A stretch of 62,926 nucleotides of DNA from an uncultured Victivallales bacterium (GTDB taxonomy: Bacteria; Verrucomicrobiota; Kiritimatiellia; UBA8416; CAYSRM01). The notes below the pieces were generated by a model, which saw only the letters and a list, made by a program, of their open reading frames with translations, did not search any database and was not told where the DNA came from. This document shows positions 36,709 to 46,281 of the stretch, piece by piece. The DNA is taken from positions 1 through 62,926 of the forward strand of contig CAYSRM010000003.1 in the NCBI GenBank assembly GCA_964433435.1. The letters are read 5' to 3'. Numbering within the stretch: position 1 is the stretch's first letter; each line of letters opens with the position of its first letter. Position numbers and translations under genes: made by a program.

Positions 36709-37742
36709 TGGTCGATATCTTGCATAGATAGTTGTTTGTCTGCTTTCACTGAATGTTTGAGTTTCCTGCCGAGCACCTTCCGGTAATCTGCGGATGATAT
36801 TCCGTTTCCGGGTTTTTTGAAAGCAAGATCGTCCTGTTTCAGTGTTGTGCCGGCGTCTATATCACGGGCGGCTACAATGCTTTTCTCGAAAATCATTTTT
36901 ATATCAGACAATTCTGAGGCCTTTATGTCCTTGTCCACAAAAGCGTTTAAAGCGGCGTCCGTGTTCCGTATTTCACGCACGAATGTTTTGAATTCCTCCG
37001 GTTCCATTGAATGTGCGGCATCGCTTCCATACATGCGCCGTGACAGCGTGAAATGTTTCTCGATAAAAGTTGCCCCCAAAGCGATTGCGGCAATTGATAC
37101 GCCGATGCCCAGCGTATGGTCGGAAAAACCCACTCTGCAATTATATCTCTTTTTCATCTCGGACAGCACATTGAGGCCGCTGTGAGCGGGTTCGCAGGGA
37201 TATTCGGTTGTACACTGCAGCACAACGGGGTCCAGACATCCTCCTTCGCGAAGCGCTTTGACGGCCGTGTCAAGTTCAGGCCAGGAACTCATCCCGCTTG
37301 ATAGAAGAACCGGTTTGCCTGTGGCGGCCACGATCTCGAGCAGAGGCAGGTTGGTCACCTCACCGGAAGGGATTTTATGTATTCCGACTTTCAGTGTTTC
37401 AGCAAGACGCAGGGCTTCTATTGAAAAGACTGATGCGAGGAAGGTTAGATCGCATTCCTCTTCCGCGAAATGTTTGATAGTCTGCCACTGCTGGAGAGAG
37501 AAGGCTGTTCGTTGGAAGTAATCTCTTCTTGATTCGTCGGTGAAGTAGGGAGGGGCCGGGGCATCCGGAAGACTTTCGGCTTCAAATACGTGTATCTGGA
37601 ATTTGACCGCATCGGCGCCGCAATCAGCGGCCGCGCGGATGAACTGTTTCGCCAGGCCGACAGAGCCTTCGTGAGTGTTGCCTATTTCGGCGAGTATCGT
37701 CGTTTTTTTTCGACTGTTTGAACAAGCTGGTTCAGGGGCCAT
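36705..37742 (-). CDS. neuB: Nonulosonic acid synthase (NeuB family) with C-terminal SAF domain
   Basis: AEIGNTHEG, ADAVKFQ, KIPSGEVTN, LSSGM, LQCTTEYP, GFSDHT, EKHFTL and FKKPGNG. Confidence 0.93.
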   Translation of the reverse strand: MAPEPACSNSRKKTTILAEIGNTHEGSVGLAKQFIRAAADCGADAVKFQIHVFEAESLPDAPAPPYFTDESRRDYFQRTAFSLQQWQTIKHFAEEECDLTFLASVFSIEALRLAETLKVGIHKIPSGEVTNLPLLEIVAATGKPVLLSSGMSSWPELDTAVKALREGGCLDPVVLQCTTEYPCEPAHSGLNVLSEMKKRYNCRVGFSDHTLGIGVSIAAIALGATFIEKHFTLSRRMYGSDAAHSMEPEEFKTFVREIRNTDAALNAFVDKDIKASELSDIKMIFEKSIVAARDIDAGTTLKQDDLAFKKPGNGISSADYRKVLGRKLKHSVKADKQLSMQDIDQ

Positions 37743-37798
37743 ATTCTGTTTAAACCTCTATAGCGATAACTGCTGCCATAAAGCAAAAAAGATTGCTA

Positions 37799-39319
37799 TT
37801 ACCTTTTGCGGTTGTCAATAGAATTCAGACTGTCTTGCTGAGGCAATATGGATTTCAGCGATGACATTAACGAGGACAGGTGGCTTCTCATATCTTCGGG
37901 GTTCCATATCCACAGGTAGCCGGCGTATGCGAGCGTAACAACGATTTTCATTAGAAGTCTTAACGGATACGGGGAGCCTGTCAGCGCAAATATGATTGCT
38001 GAGCCTGCGAATACAGGCGCCGTCAGAGCTGCCAGCGTTTTCCAGTCGAATGACATGGGGCTGAAATGCACGCTGGAGCGTTGTGCCAGGATGAAGATCA
38101 GGCCGAAGGAAAGCACTGTGGTCCAGGCAGCGCCGTATGTGCCGATTATCGGGATCATAATGATGTTCAGCAGTACATTCACTATGCCCGCTGTGAGCGT
38201 GATAAGAGGAAGATACCGTGTTTTCTTTGCAAAAAGCAGTGGCTGGATTGCAAAACAGTAAAGCCCTCTCAGGAGATACGCGCAAAGGAGGATGGGGATC
38301 AACCGATAGGCGTTGTGATAGCTTGGCGGTGTAATCAGATATATGACTTCTTCGCAATACAGGGACATGACGATGAACAATATGCAGAAGAGCACTGTGC
38401 AATTGGTTATGATCGGCCTGAAGCGGGCAGCCGCCTCCGCGGGCCCTTTATCTGAAGCCATCCGCATGTAATTCGGCAGAAGTGCGTTATTAACGGAGTG
38501 AACAATATGTTTCAGTACGATAGCAAGCTTATCGGCGATATTGTAAAGCCCGACGGCTGCCAGCGGCACAAATTTCTCCAGTATCAGCCGGTCGGAAAAC
38601 ATGAACAGATATCCGCCCAGGGCGAACGGTATCAGCGGCACGGAGTATTTCAGTGAAGGCAAAAACAATTCGGTGCGCCAGCTCAAGGTCAGATGATCCC
38701 TTACCATCCACAGAGTAAAGGCAGCCATCAGGACGCTTGTGCAGGCTGTCGCGCCCAGAGCGCCTGCCGGTCCCCAGCGGTTGACCGCCACAAACCAGAG
38801 TCCGAAGACGATGGCCGCGGGCGCCCCGAGCATATAACGTTTCAGCAATGCGCCGCCTTTTTCCTGAGTCATGAGCAACCGTTCGGCAACCAGTGATATC
38901 TCGCGCACCATAAGTGTTCCAAGCGTGATAATGAAGAAAGGGAAAAACGGTATCTCTGCCGAGGGGAATATCAGGTTGGTCAGGGATGAGCCGGCAAGTA
39001 TAACAAGTCCGGAGAGTCCGGCGCTTATTATGGTGACGGCAAAGAGGATTGTGCTGAAATAGTTTTTCAGTTCCTGTCCCTTGTACTCGAAGTAATAACG
39101 CGGGATGGCGCTCGAGAGTTTGCAGGCGATGAAAGGTTCCAGCAGAGCCCCGAATGCGTTAACAAGCGCAACTATACCGTATTCCGCCGGGCTCATGAAG
39201 CGTGTGTAGATCGGGAGCAGCACGATGTTGGGCACGTAGGAAAGCATGCGCAGCAATGTGTATGCCGTAGTGTTTTTCACGACTCTGGATTTCATCTCGG
39301 ACATTCGATTAAGCTGCAT
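37799..39319 (-). CDS. wzx: Wzx/MOP-family oligosaccharide flippase
   Basis: About 12-14 TM segments, 'LLPIYTRFMSPAEYG', 'SDRLIL', 'VGLYNIA' and 'GAAWTT'. Confidence 0.88.
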   Translation of the reverse strand: MQLNRMSEMKSRVVKNTTAYTLLRMLSYVPNIVLLPIYTRFMSPAEYGIVALVNAFGALLEPFIACKLSSAIPRYYFEYKGQELKNYFSTILFAVTIISAGLSGLVILAGSSLTNLIFPSAEIPFFPFFIITLGTLMVREISLVAERLLMTQEKGGALLKRYMLGAPAAIVFGLWFVAVNRWGPAGALGATACTSVLMAAFTLWMVRDHLTLSWRTELFLPSLKYSVPLIPFALGGYLFMFSDRLILEKFVPLAAVGLYNIADKLAIVLKHIVHSVNNALLPNYMRMASDKGPAEAAARFRPIITNCTVLFCILFIVMSLYCEEVIYLITPPSYHNAYRLIPILLCAYLLRGLYCFAIQPLLFAKKTRYLPLITLTAGIVNVLLNIIMIPIIGTYGAAWTTVLSFGLIFILAQRSSVHFSPMSFDWKTLAALTAPVFAGSAIIFALTGSPYPLRLLMKIVVTLAYAGYLWIWNPEDMRSHLSSLMSSLKSILPQQDSLNSIDNRKR

Positions 39320-39445
39320 TCAATAACAAACGCCATTTTCGGCAGGTGTAGAGTGGGCTCTTGGAGCCGGTATTATGCGCTCTGAGAGCGCGCACTACAT
39401 CATTATATCTGCAGACCTCCCCTTATTTTGGGACTATAGCGTGCA

Positions 39446-40465
39446 TTATCCCCGCTGTTTTTGTTTCTTGTTTTCTGCCGGATTGTCCAGTTTCACTCTG
39501 AACCCGGTTTTGATTTTCCAGACCTTTGTATGCATCCATTCGTTGAGTCGGTACGCGAGCGGTAATCTGCGCATGGAGGACGCATAAACGGGTTCATAGC
39601 CCCACATTTTCATTTCGTCATAAAGGTACTGCTCAAGGCGTGTTGTCAGGCCTTCCGGCAAATGCTTTCGGTACCGTCCTGTTGTGGTTCTATGGATTGT
39701 ATCGGCATTGTCGCCGAACATCGAGTTGCCGCTCCAGGGGGTTCCTGCCCGGGTGGGTTTCAGCAGCGACTCGTCAAAATCGATTGACAGAAAACGTGCT
39801 ACGGCCCTCATTTGCTTTTCCGGTTCGTTCACGAGATCCTCATAACGCAGTACATGGTAGTGCGGAAGATCTTTTCGCTCTGTGGCCAGTCTTGAGGAAA
39901 TTGCCCAGTTATCGGCAAATTTTTCTACAGGCCAGGTGCCCCGTTTACGCAGGTAGGAAGTATAATTGTCTCTCGGATCGCGTATTATGTGAAGAAACCG
40001 CGCATCAGCAAACCAGGCTCTGTAGGTGCTATAGAGCCTTTCGTTGTTTGGTGTTTTCTCAACAAAGTATTTCAATTGGGAGTGGTCTGTTTCGGGATCG
40101 TGTTCTGCCCATGTCTTGAAGACGGCTTCAAAGCATGCCTTTACTGACTGCGCCGAGCCGATTCGTTTGCGCAAGTCATTGATGTAGCCTGTGCCGTCAA
40201 TGTGCCGATAGTCGCGAGCGCCGTTAGGAAGTTCTATCAGCCCTTTTCCCGGAAGCGCCACGTCGGAATTCTCGATCATGCATTTAGCTCTGCCCTCGGT
40301 CGATCTCTCTCTGGGAACATGAGCGATGCATATTTCTTCGGGGAAAACAAGCAGAGCCGGGTGACTGTCGAGGAGAGAGACCAGGAGCGTTGTGCCTGAT
40401 TTAGGATGTCCTCCTATAAGCAGGACATTGATGTTTTTTATTGATTCCGGTTTTTGCATTTTCAT
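39446..40465 (-). CDS. Sulfotransferase (Sulfotransfer_3-like)
   Basis: GGHPKSGTTLL, EKTP, HIIRDPRDNYTS and RYEDLV. Confidence 0.88.
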   Translation of the reverse strand: MKMQKPESIKNINVLLIGGHPKSGTTLLVSLLDSHPALLVFPEEICIAHVPRERSTEGRAKCMIENSDVALPGKGLIELPNGARDYRHIDGTGYINDLRKRIGSAQSVKACFEAVFKTWAEHDPETDHSQLKYFVEKTPNNERLYSTYRAWFADARFLHIIRDPRDNYTSYLRKRGTWPVEKFADNWAISSRLATERKDLPHYHVLRYEDLVNEPEKQMRAVARFLSIDFDESLLKPTRAGTPWSGNSMFGDNADTIHRTTTGRYRKHLPEGLTTRLEQYLYDEMKMWGYEPVYASSMRRLPLAYRLNEWMHTKVWKIKTGFRVKLDNPAENKKQKQRG

Positions 40466-40500
40466 CCAAAAGTTTACAGGCGGCGGAGGAAAATTTTATA

Positions 40501-41178
40501 TTATTGTTGTTCCACTTTTCCGGGGAACACGGATTTGCTCATTATGTAGAGAATTTTCGAACTGAATATTTCAAGTCGCGGCAGGAACACCGAAAAGCCG
40601 AGTTTGCGACCTAAAAAACGTGTGCCCGGCATGCGCAACGGGAGGCAGTGTTTTCCGGTAATACTGAAATCTTTAAACAGTTTCTTTTCCACGGCCCCGG
40701 GGAAAAAGCTTATATGGTTGTTAAACGGAGTAAAATGGCGCACATCGCCTTTACCCAGAAAGAGAAACCTGGAGAAGATATCTTTGCTGGACGCAAAACT
40801 TATCAGGAGAGCGCCGTCAGGGGTTAGAACTCGTGATATTTCCCTTATCATGTGCCATGGATTCTCTACGTGTTCCAGAACCTGGAATGACGTTGCAATA
40901 TCCACAGTTGAATCGGGATATGGCAGCCGGTCATATGAAAGATTGCATTTTCGGAAGTTCACTACGTGGCGGACATCCTCATCGAGGCAATCTTTGATGT
41001 CAACGGCTTCGATCTGCTTGAAGCCCAGATCGGCATACCGTAGCGCAATTCTGCCGCTACCGCTGCCGATGTCGATTATAGAGCTGTTCTTGTCCATTTT
41101 TTCCAGAATAGAGCCGATTCGGTCTCCGAAGAAACGCTCGGACGCGTCAATGGAATGTGGAATTTTTTCAGACGACAC
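40501..41178 (-). CDS. Class I SAM-dependent methyltransferase
   Basis: IDIGSGSG, LPYPDSTVD, QVLEHVENP and RVLTPDG. Confidence 0.88.
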   Translation of the reverse strand: MSSEKIPHSIDASERFFGDRIGSILEKMDKNSSIIDIGSGSGRIALRYADLGFKQIEAVDIKDCLDEDVRHVVNFRKCNLSYDRLPYPDSTVDIATSFQVLEHVENPWHMIREISRVLTPDGALLISFASSKDIFSRFLFLGKGDVRHFTPFNNHISFFPGAVEKKLFKDFSITGKHCLPLRMPGTRFLGRKLGFSVFLPRLEIFSSKILYIMSKSVFPGKVEQQ

Positions 41179-41433
41179 CTTCTGCCTCCCTGACTTTATT
41201 AGCTTAAGCGAAGCGAAATAAACTGTTTTGCATTCAACCAGTTTCGAAACTATTCTTTGCGCACTGGAAATATGAATCTATATGGGTATACCCCATCAGC
41301 AAATCGGAAGCAAATCAGTTTTCTGTGCATGTGCCCGTTTATGTTTTTTCAGATAAGCCGCATTTGGGCTCACCTGACTCCTTTATAGACAATTTAATGC
41401 GAGCCCGAATCTTAAGATTCAGGGAAGAAGCGA

Positions 41434-41549
41434 ATGAAGCGATTTTTTTAAAAAATCTGTTTTTCTGGTGTCTTGCTGGCGTGTTGCTCGTCTTTGCGTT
41501 TTTTCTTGTAAGGTGTCATTACGTCAAGGCGTACTCAGATGCGGCCTGG
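41434..41549 (+). pseudogene. 5' remnant of a GT-C paralog of 22534-25317, frameshifted and truncated
   Basis: A purine-rich RBS-like stretch precedes ATG 41434. One extra T in a T7 run would give MKRFFLKNLFFW...TM...HYVKAYSD, compared with HYIKAYSD in the 927-aa protein. Similarity stops near 41545. Confidence 0.55.
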
Positions 41550-41614
41550 AGGGCATCGAGCCTGAAATTACCACCGATAATTTTGTGCTCTTTGACAAGA
41601 GCGAAAGGAATAGA

Positions 41615-42271
41615 TCACCAGAGAGTACGGAGGCCGTCTTTTCTGTAGAGATCAATTTCGGGATCTTTGGTTATAAGTGTTAATTGATTGGAAAGAGCCT
41701 GCCGAATCAGCATACGGTCGAACGGGTCCCTGTTTGGCTCTCGTCTTACCTGATGGAACGTAGCTGCATCACTCACTGTCAGGGGGACGCATTCCAGGCC
41801 CATGCGCCGGGCGATTTGGGGCATATCTTCGGGTTTTGTGCCTTTGAGTGACAGCTTGCCAAGCGAGTGTTTCAAGGCGATTTCCCAGAATGTTATTGAA
41901 CGTACAAGGATTCGATTAGCCTGATCTATTCATGAAAAAAGCCAAGCAAGTCTTAATCTGTTAGAATGTAGCGCTATGTGTTTAAAGCGTCGAGAGAAGT
42001 TTTTAACATGTGTGGCATGGTCCACACCGTATGGGGGAGAGCTTGGCTTTTTTCACCAGAGGCGCGCCGATTTTACCGCATCTATTGCGTTCCAGCGAGT
42101 CGGCGGTGGTTAACCACAGCTCAACTCGCTGCGCCTTGTAACTGCGGCAAACTCTGCGCGTGAATAGATCAGGTTAGAGGGATTTGTTATTGTCTTGCGC
42201 GCTGTTTTGCTGAGTTTACTTGTCCTGAAAGCAGACCAGATGAATGTATGTGTATCCAGTAGATAAGTCAC
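41615..42271 (-). pseudogene. vapC: PIN-domain (VapC) toxin interrupted by a 256-bp MITE
   Basis: Removing 41919-42174 and one TA gives an open 132-codon frame: MTYLLDTHTFIW...ITNPSNRILVRSITFWEIALK...RDPFDRMLIRQA...LITKD. The GTG start overlaps the antitoxin stop (GTGA). Confidence 0.9.
41919..42174. mobile_element. MITE family 2, full 256-bp copy with TA target duplication
   Basis: TIRs GCCTGATCTATTCA / TGAATAGATCAGGT, TA at 41917-41918 and 42175-42176, and an internal perfect IR TGAAAAAAGCCAAGC (41933-41947) / GCTTGGCTTTTTTCA (42041-42055). Confidence 0.9.
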
Positions 42272-42510
42272 GAGCTGATGAACTCCTCGTCAGATATCTT
42301 AAAGCCATCATGTATTGTGTATTCGGCTCGTCCTTCCATGACTCCGAGCTTTCTGGGAGCCTGTTGGTACTGAGAATACGGCACTATGACAGCAATTTTT
42401 TCCTTCTTTTTGCCGTATCCCACGGTAATCGGATGTCCCTGTTTAACTTCTTCAAGAACCTCTGAGAAATGAGCCTTCAATTCACCTACTGCCATTGTTT
42501 TCATTTTCAT
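42268..42510 (-). CDS. Phd/YefM-family type II antitoxin
   Basis: MKTMAVGELKAHFSEVLEEVKQGHPITV...KIAVIVP. It is translationally coupled to the PIN gene. Confidence 0.88.
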   Translation of the reverse strand: MKMKTMAVGELKAHFSEVLEEVKQGHPITVGYGKKKEKIAVIVPYSQYQQAPRKLGVMEGRAEYTIHDGFKISDEEFISS

Positions 42511-42564
42511 GCTGTGCCTCTATTTGTTGTAATAATAGCAGGTCGAAATCTGCTTGTCAAGTTG

Positions 42565-45396
42565 TCACAAATCTTTTCCTGTGATCTCAATCTCACCGAC
42601 TTCTATCCATGATTTTCCTTTTTTGAAAAAAGAGGGACGCGGGAGTCTGTATTTCAATCTTGTACGGGCATTGACCATTCCCATAAGTATCGTGTAACGG
42701 CCGGGTTTGATGTCTTCCGGCATTTCCTTCGGGATCAAAATCTTCATTTCCGGGGAGTAGCTCAGTTTCCATACCGGAATATTAATGGAATGGCTCTTCC
42801 TCGTTTTTATGGACTTGAGTCTGAAGACCAGAAGGTCTTCTTTCCAGTTCACCTTTCCCGGCCGGTTGACTTCAGCCAGCACAGCGACTCTGAACGCGCC
42901 GTTGGAGCCCGCTTCCCGGGGCGCATGGACTTTGAGCACGGTTATACCGTTTTCGAACCGGTGGGGTTCGCAGCCTTTTTTATCGAATCCGGAGGTTTGT
43001 GTCGGGTATCGGTGAAGCCACGCGGGACGAACGTCTGATTCGGCAAATGTCCTCAGTTCAGCGGCCATTCTTTCTGCCTGCGGGCGAATCTCCCATGATT
43101 TGATCATTATTTGCCCGGACAGGCAGCGGACACGAAGATTGCACAGGTGCGGAGCGAAAGGTTTTGTAAACACGTATTCGAAAGATTCTTTTCCCGGGGC
43201 CAGGACTATATCCTTTTCCTCCGCTATAAGTCGTGAAAGGCCGCGTTTGTCAAAAAGTTCGACATTGACGCGAGTGGTTTCGCGGACCGGGATACAATTT
43301 ACAACAAGGCGGTAGCGGCCGCATGGCAGAAATGCGTCATCCGGGAACAACCGGTAAGTCTCCTCCGGCGAGAATGTTGGTAAGGTCTTAAGCTCCGAGT
43401 CAAGAAAACGGGTTTGCGCAATATGCGCGGGCAGATCATGCCGGACCCAATCTGCATAGTCCAGTCTGTCGCCTCTTTTCGGATCGCCGCTGAATATCCG
43501 GAAGTGTTGTATTTCTGACCTGGACGGCAGTACGCGCACGGATGCCCTGCCTGCTTTTACTGATATGGAAAAAGGAACAAGATAGACTGCGTTGCCGTTT
43601 CCGCGGTCGGTTTGTTTTCTGTATTTCGGCCATGGGAAACGAAGCACGGCGGCGGAATCGGGTTCAAGCTCAGCCGTTTTGCGTATACCGCCACCATTAA
43701 TATTACAGAGAAGGGGAATGTCCGTGGACCGAATGCCGATGACAAGTTCCGCGGGCCTGGATCTGAAAATTACATGACGACTGTAGTTGTGCGAGTTGTC
43801 GACGGCAATCATGCGGTCGTTACGGGGAAAAGCCGGTCCTGATGCGCTTATCCAGTGGCTGGAATCCTGGAAGGAAACGCATGGGGCGGGGGGAACAGAA
43901 AGTTCATTCCAGAATCGTCCTGATTTGATACGCACCAGACGCTCAGGGTTTCTGAATACGGCGGGATTTTCATATTCTACAGTGAAATTTCTTATTGTTT
44001 CCTTCTTAAACCCTTTTCTGGTGGTTTCAAGATCTTCAGAATATGCGTTATGTTTGAAAGTTTCCGAAAAAAAGTTGTCAGCTATCGGTTTAGTATCATC
44101 CCTTTTCCAGAAAAAAGTTTCGGAAGTGATTGCCGAAGTAGATTCAAAAACCAGGGCAAGAGCTATAAACGCTGTGGCGACTCGGGCAGTTATCGAACCG
44201 CAGTCCCAGAGTTGGGCCAGCAGGGAAACTGTGAGGACTGCCATCAAAGGCACAAGGAATGAGAAATGAAACGGCTGTACCGCTACCTTGAAAACCAGGG
44301 ATAGAACGACGCTCAAAATGAAAAATGCAACGATAGCTGTTATGAGGGCAAGTTGCGGCTTCGAGCGCGGATTTTTGCCTGGCTTTTTCCGGTATGCCCG
44401 GATAATCACGAAAAGAGCCCCCGCAACGGTGAGTAGCGAAAAGAGTATGCCCGTATTTCCTGCCAGCATCGGAACGTTATTCATGAAGCTGTATTGCGCC
44501 TTGATCCATAACGGCTGATCTGCAATCTGGTCTGGTATTTTATAGGCGCTGATCCGTCTGAAGTTTGTGGTCATATCGCTCCAGGTTCTTTCAGTTGCCC
44601 AGAGAAGCTGTGGAATAGCAAGCGCCGTACCCGCCAGGAATCCTGCAAATGAGAGAACTCCGGCTTTGAACAGGGATCTTATTTTCATTTCCCCTTGTGC
44701 GGTCATCGCGATGCCGTAGACAGCAACAGGGATACAGGCCATGGCTCCGTGATATTTTGCGGCAAATGCAAACGCCGATAGAACGCCGGCAGCAAAGAAA
44801 AGCCATAAAGATCGTTGTTTTTGATGCAACGCAAGAATTGCGAGAACCGAGACGGCAAAGAGGTCGACCCCGACGTCGCCGGTTGCTGAATGAGTAACCG
44901 CGGCTGAAACAGGAGCCAGCGCTACGAGCAAGAGAGCAAAAAGAGAGTTTTCATGGCCAAGTCCTGTTCTGCGGGCTACGGGATAAAGAAGAAGGAGCGC
45001 CATCATTCCATAGAAGACCCGCAGGCTTCTTGCCAGGTAGTAAAGCGATCCTTCGTGCCAGTTTTGTAGTAATGGAGTATCGGGCAGAAATAAATCGTGG
45101 AGTACCTGGACTAAGGGATGCAACGTTCTGATAGCCCACTCGTCAATATGGTTCAGAAAGAGGGGGTACCCGTCGTAGAACCAGGAGTCGACGTACCAGA
45201 CGTATTCGCCCTTTATGTAGTGGTTTATAGCATTGACCTGTTTCGGGGCGTCGGGGTGGAAGACATACCCGTTTTCAAGTCCCCGGAAGAGGCCGGCAGA
45301 ACGAACATAGAAACCCGCCAGCAGAATCAGCAGGAAAATAGAAAGGAATATTCTGTTCCGCATCCTTTCGCTCATTTTTGTTGGCTCATGATCCAT
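42565..45396 (-). CDS. Large integral membrane GT-C (ArnT/PMT_2-like) glycosyltransferase
   Basis: 943 aa. First TM followed by 'GYVFHPDAP', 'AAKYHG', more than 10 TM segments and a long periplasmic C-terminal region. Confidence 0.7.
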   Translation of the reverse strand: MDHEPTKMSERMRNRIFLSIFLLILLAGFYVRSAGLFRGLENGYVFHPDAPKQVNAINHYIKGEYVWYVDSWFYDGYPLFLNHIDEWAIRTLHPLVQVLHDLFLPDTPLLQNWHEGSLYYLARSLRVFYGMMALLLLYPVARRTGLGHENSLFALLLVALAPVSAAVTHSATGDVGVDLFAVSVLAILALHQKQRSLWLFFAAGVLSAFAFAAKYHGAMACIPVAVYGIAMTAQGEMKIRSLFKAGVLSFAGFLAGTALAIPQLLWATERTWSDMTTNFRRISAYKIPDQIADQPLWIKAQYSFMNNVPMLAGNTGILFSLLTVAGALFVIIRAYRKKPGKNPRSKPQLALITAIVAFFILSVVLSLVFKVAVQPFHFSFLVPLMAVLTVSLLAQLWDCGSITARVATAFIALALVFESTSAITSETFFWKRDDTKPIADNFFSETFKHNAYSEDLETTRKGFKKETIRNFTVEYENPAVFRNPERLVRIKSGRFWNELSVPPAPCVSFQDSSHWISASGPAFPRNDRMIAVDNSHNYSRHVIFRSRPAELVIGIRSTDIPLLCNINGGGIRKTAELEPDSAAVLRFPWPKYRKQTDRGNGNAVYLVPFSISVKAGRASVRVLPSRSEIQHFRIFSGDPKRGDRLDYADWVRHDLPAHIAQTRFLDSELKTLPTFSPEETYRLFPDDAFLPCGRYRLVVNCIPVRETTRVNVELFDKRGLSRLIAEEKDIVLAPGKESFEYVFTKPFAPHLCNLRVRCLSGQIMIKSWEIRPQAERMAAELRTFAESDVRPAWLHRYPTQTSGFDKKGCEPHRFENGITVLKVHAPREAGSNGAFRVAVLAEVNRPGKVNWKEDLLVFRLKSIKTRKSHSINIPVWKLSYSPEMKILIPKEMPEDIKPGRYTILMGMVNARTRLKYRLPRPSFFKKGKSWIEVGEIEITGKDL

Positions 45397-45397
45397 T

Positions 45398-46279
45398 TTA
45401 GAATGAATATCTCAGACCAAGCCCGGTTGCGTAATTGCTCAATGGAATATCCCGTCGAGTTGTGCGGAAAACATCGCCGTATCTTGACAATGTAAACGTG
45501 TCTTCGACTTCCAGTCGCATATATCTGATATAGAGATCAAGCGCGAAGTTGCTGTCAAGTTCCATGGAAATTCCGCCTGTTAGAACGAAGGCCCAGGCGT
45601 TATCAAAACTCATGTTTCGCTGATAGCCGTTATTCGGCCAGTCAGGTCGTCCGGCAGCCACCCATTTCTCGTAAGTCATTCCTGAACCTGCAGGAATATC
45701 CCTGCTGAACCCGTGGTGCCATGCCTCGTCATGGTCGAATTCCGTATTCATGTAGGCCAGGCCGATGCCGGCGGATGGAGTCAGCCCGGTCTTATCCGGA
45801 CTAGAGCCAACCTCTATCCTGTGTCTGTAGACCACAGTTGCTATCGGGCCGCGAGCGATTATGTCGCCGTCTGTGTGTCCGTCATCGGTTGTAACGGTTC
45901 TTGCCTCGATCCGGTCCCATGTCAATTCGACTGCCCATTCCGGGGAAATCAGCCAGTTTACAAAGAACTTGTTTGGTAAATAGCTTTGCTGCGCATCAAG
46001 GTAATCGACGGAGCCAAGAAAGGATTCGTCCTTCTCTTTAACCAGTCGATATGTTGTCAGGCGTGTTCCCACCTCGGTCCTGTCCTCGAGGAATTCTTTG
46101 AACTGAGTTATATTGTCCTTTGCCGCAGTCTCTTTCTGCTTCAGCCCCTTTTCTGTGGCGGAAACCAGAAGGGCGGATGACTTCCGATTAACAAGAGGTT
46201 CGCCGTGTCTGGCACCTGTGGCAAGCAGCAGCGCCAGTACGCATACTGTGAGTTGTTGAACCAAGTGATCCGGGCGCAT
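45398..46279 (-). CDS. Outer-membrane beta-barrel protein (OmpW/OMP_b-brl-like)
   Basis: Signal-like N-terminus, amphipathic strands and a C-terminal 'GLGLRYSF' with terminal Phe. Confidence 0.75.
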   Translation of the reverse strand: MRPDHLVQQLTVCVLALLLATGARHGEPLVNRKSSALLVSATEKGLKQKETAAKDNITQFKEFLEDRTEVGTRLTTYRLVKEKDESFLGSVDYLDAQQSYLPNKFFVNWLISPEWAVELTWDRIEARTVTTDDGHTDGDIIARGPIATVVYRHRIEVGSSPDKTGLTPSAGIGLAYMNTEFDHDEAWHHGFSRDIPAGSGMTYEKWVAAGRPDWPNNGYQRNMSFDNAWAFVLTGGISMELDSNFALDLYIRYMRLEVEDTFTLSRYGDVFRTTRRDIPLSNYATGLGLRYSF

Positions 46280-46281
46280 AA

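Noticed and set aside
37703-37710. A8/T8 homopolymers in neuB, and similar runs near 4128, 7801 and 24442, as phase-variation switches
   Set aside because: All lie in intact frames, encode Lys- or Phe-rich stretches and are short. A single sequence gives no evidence of length variation.
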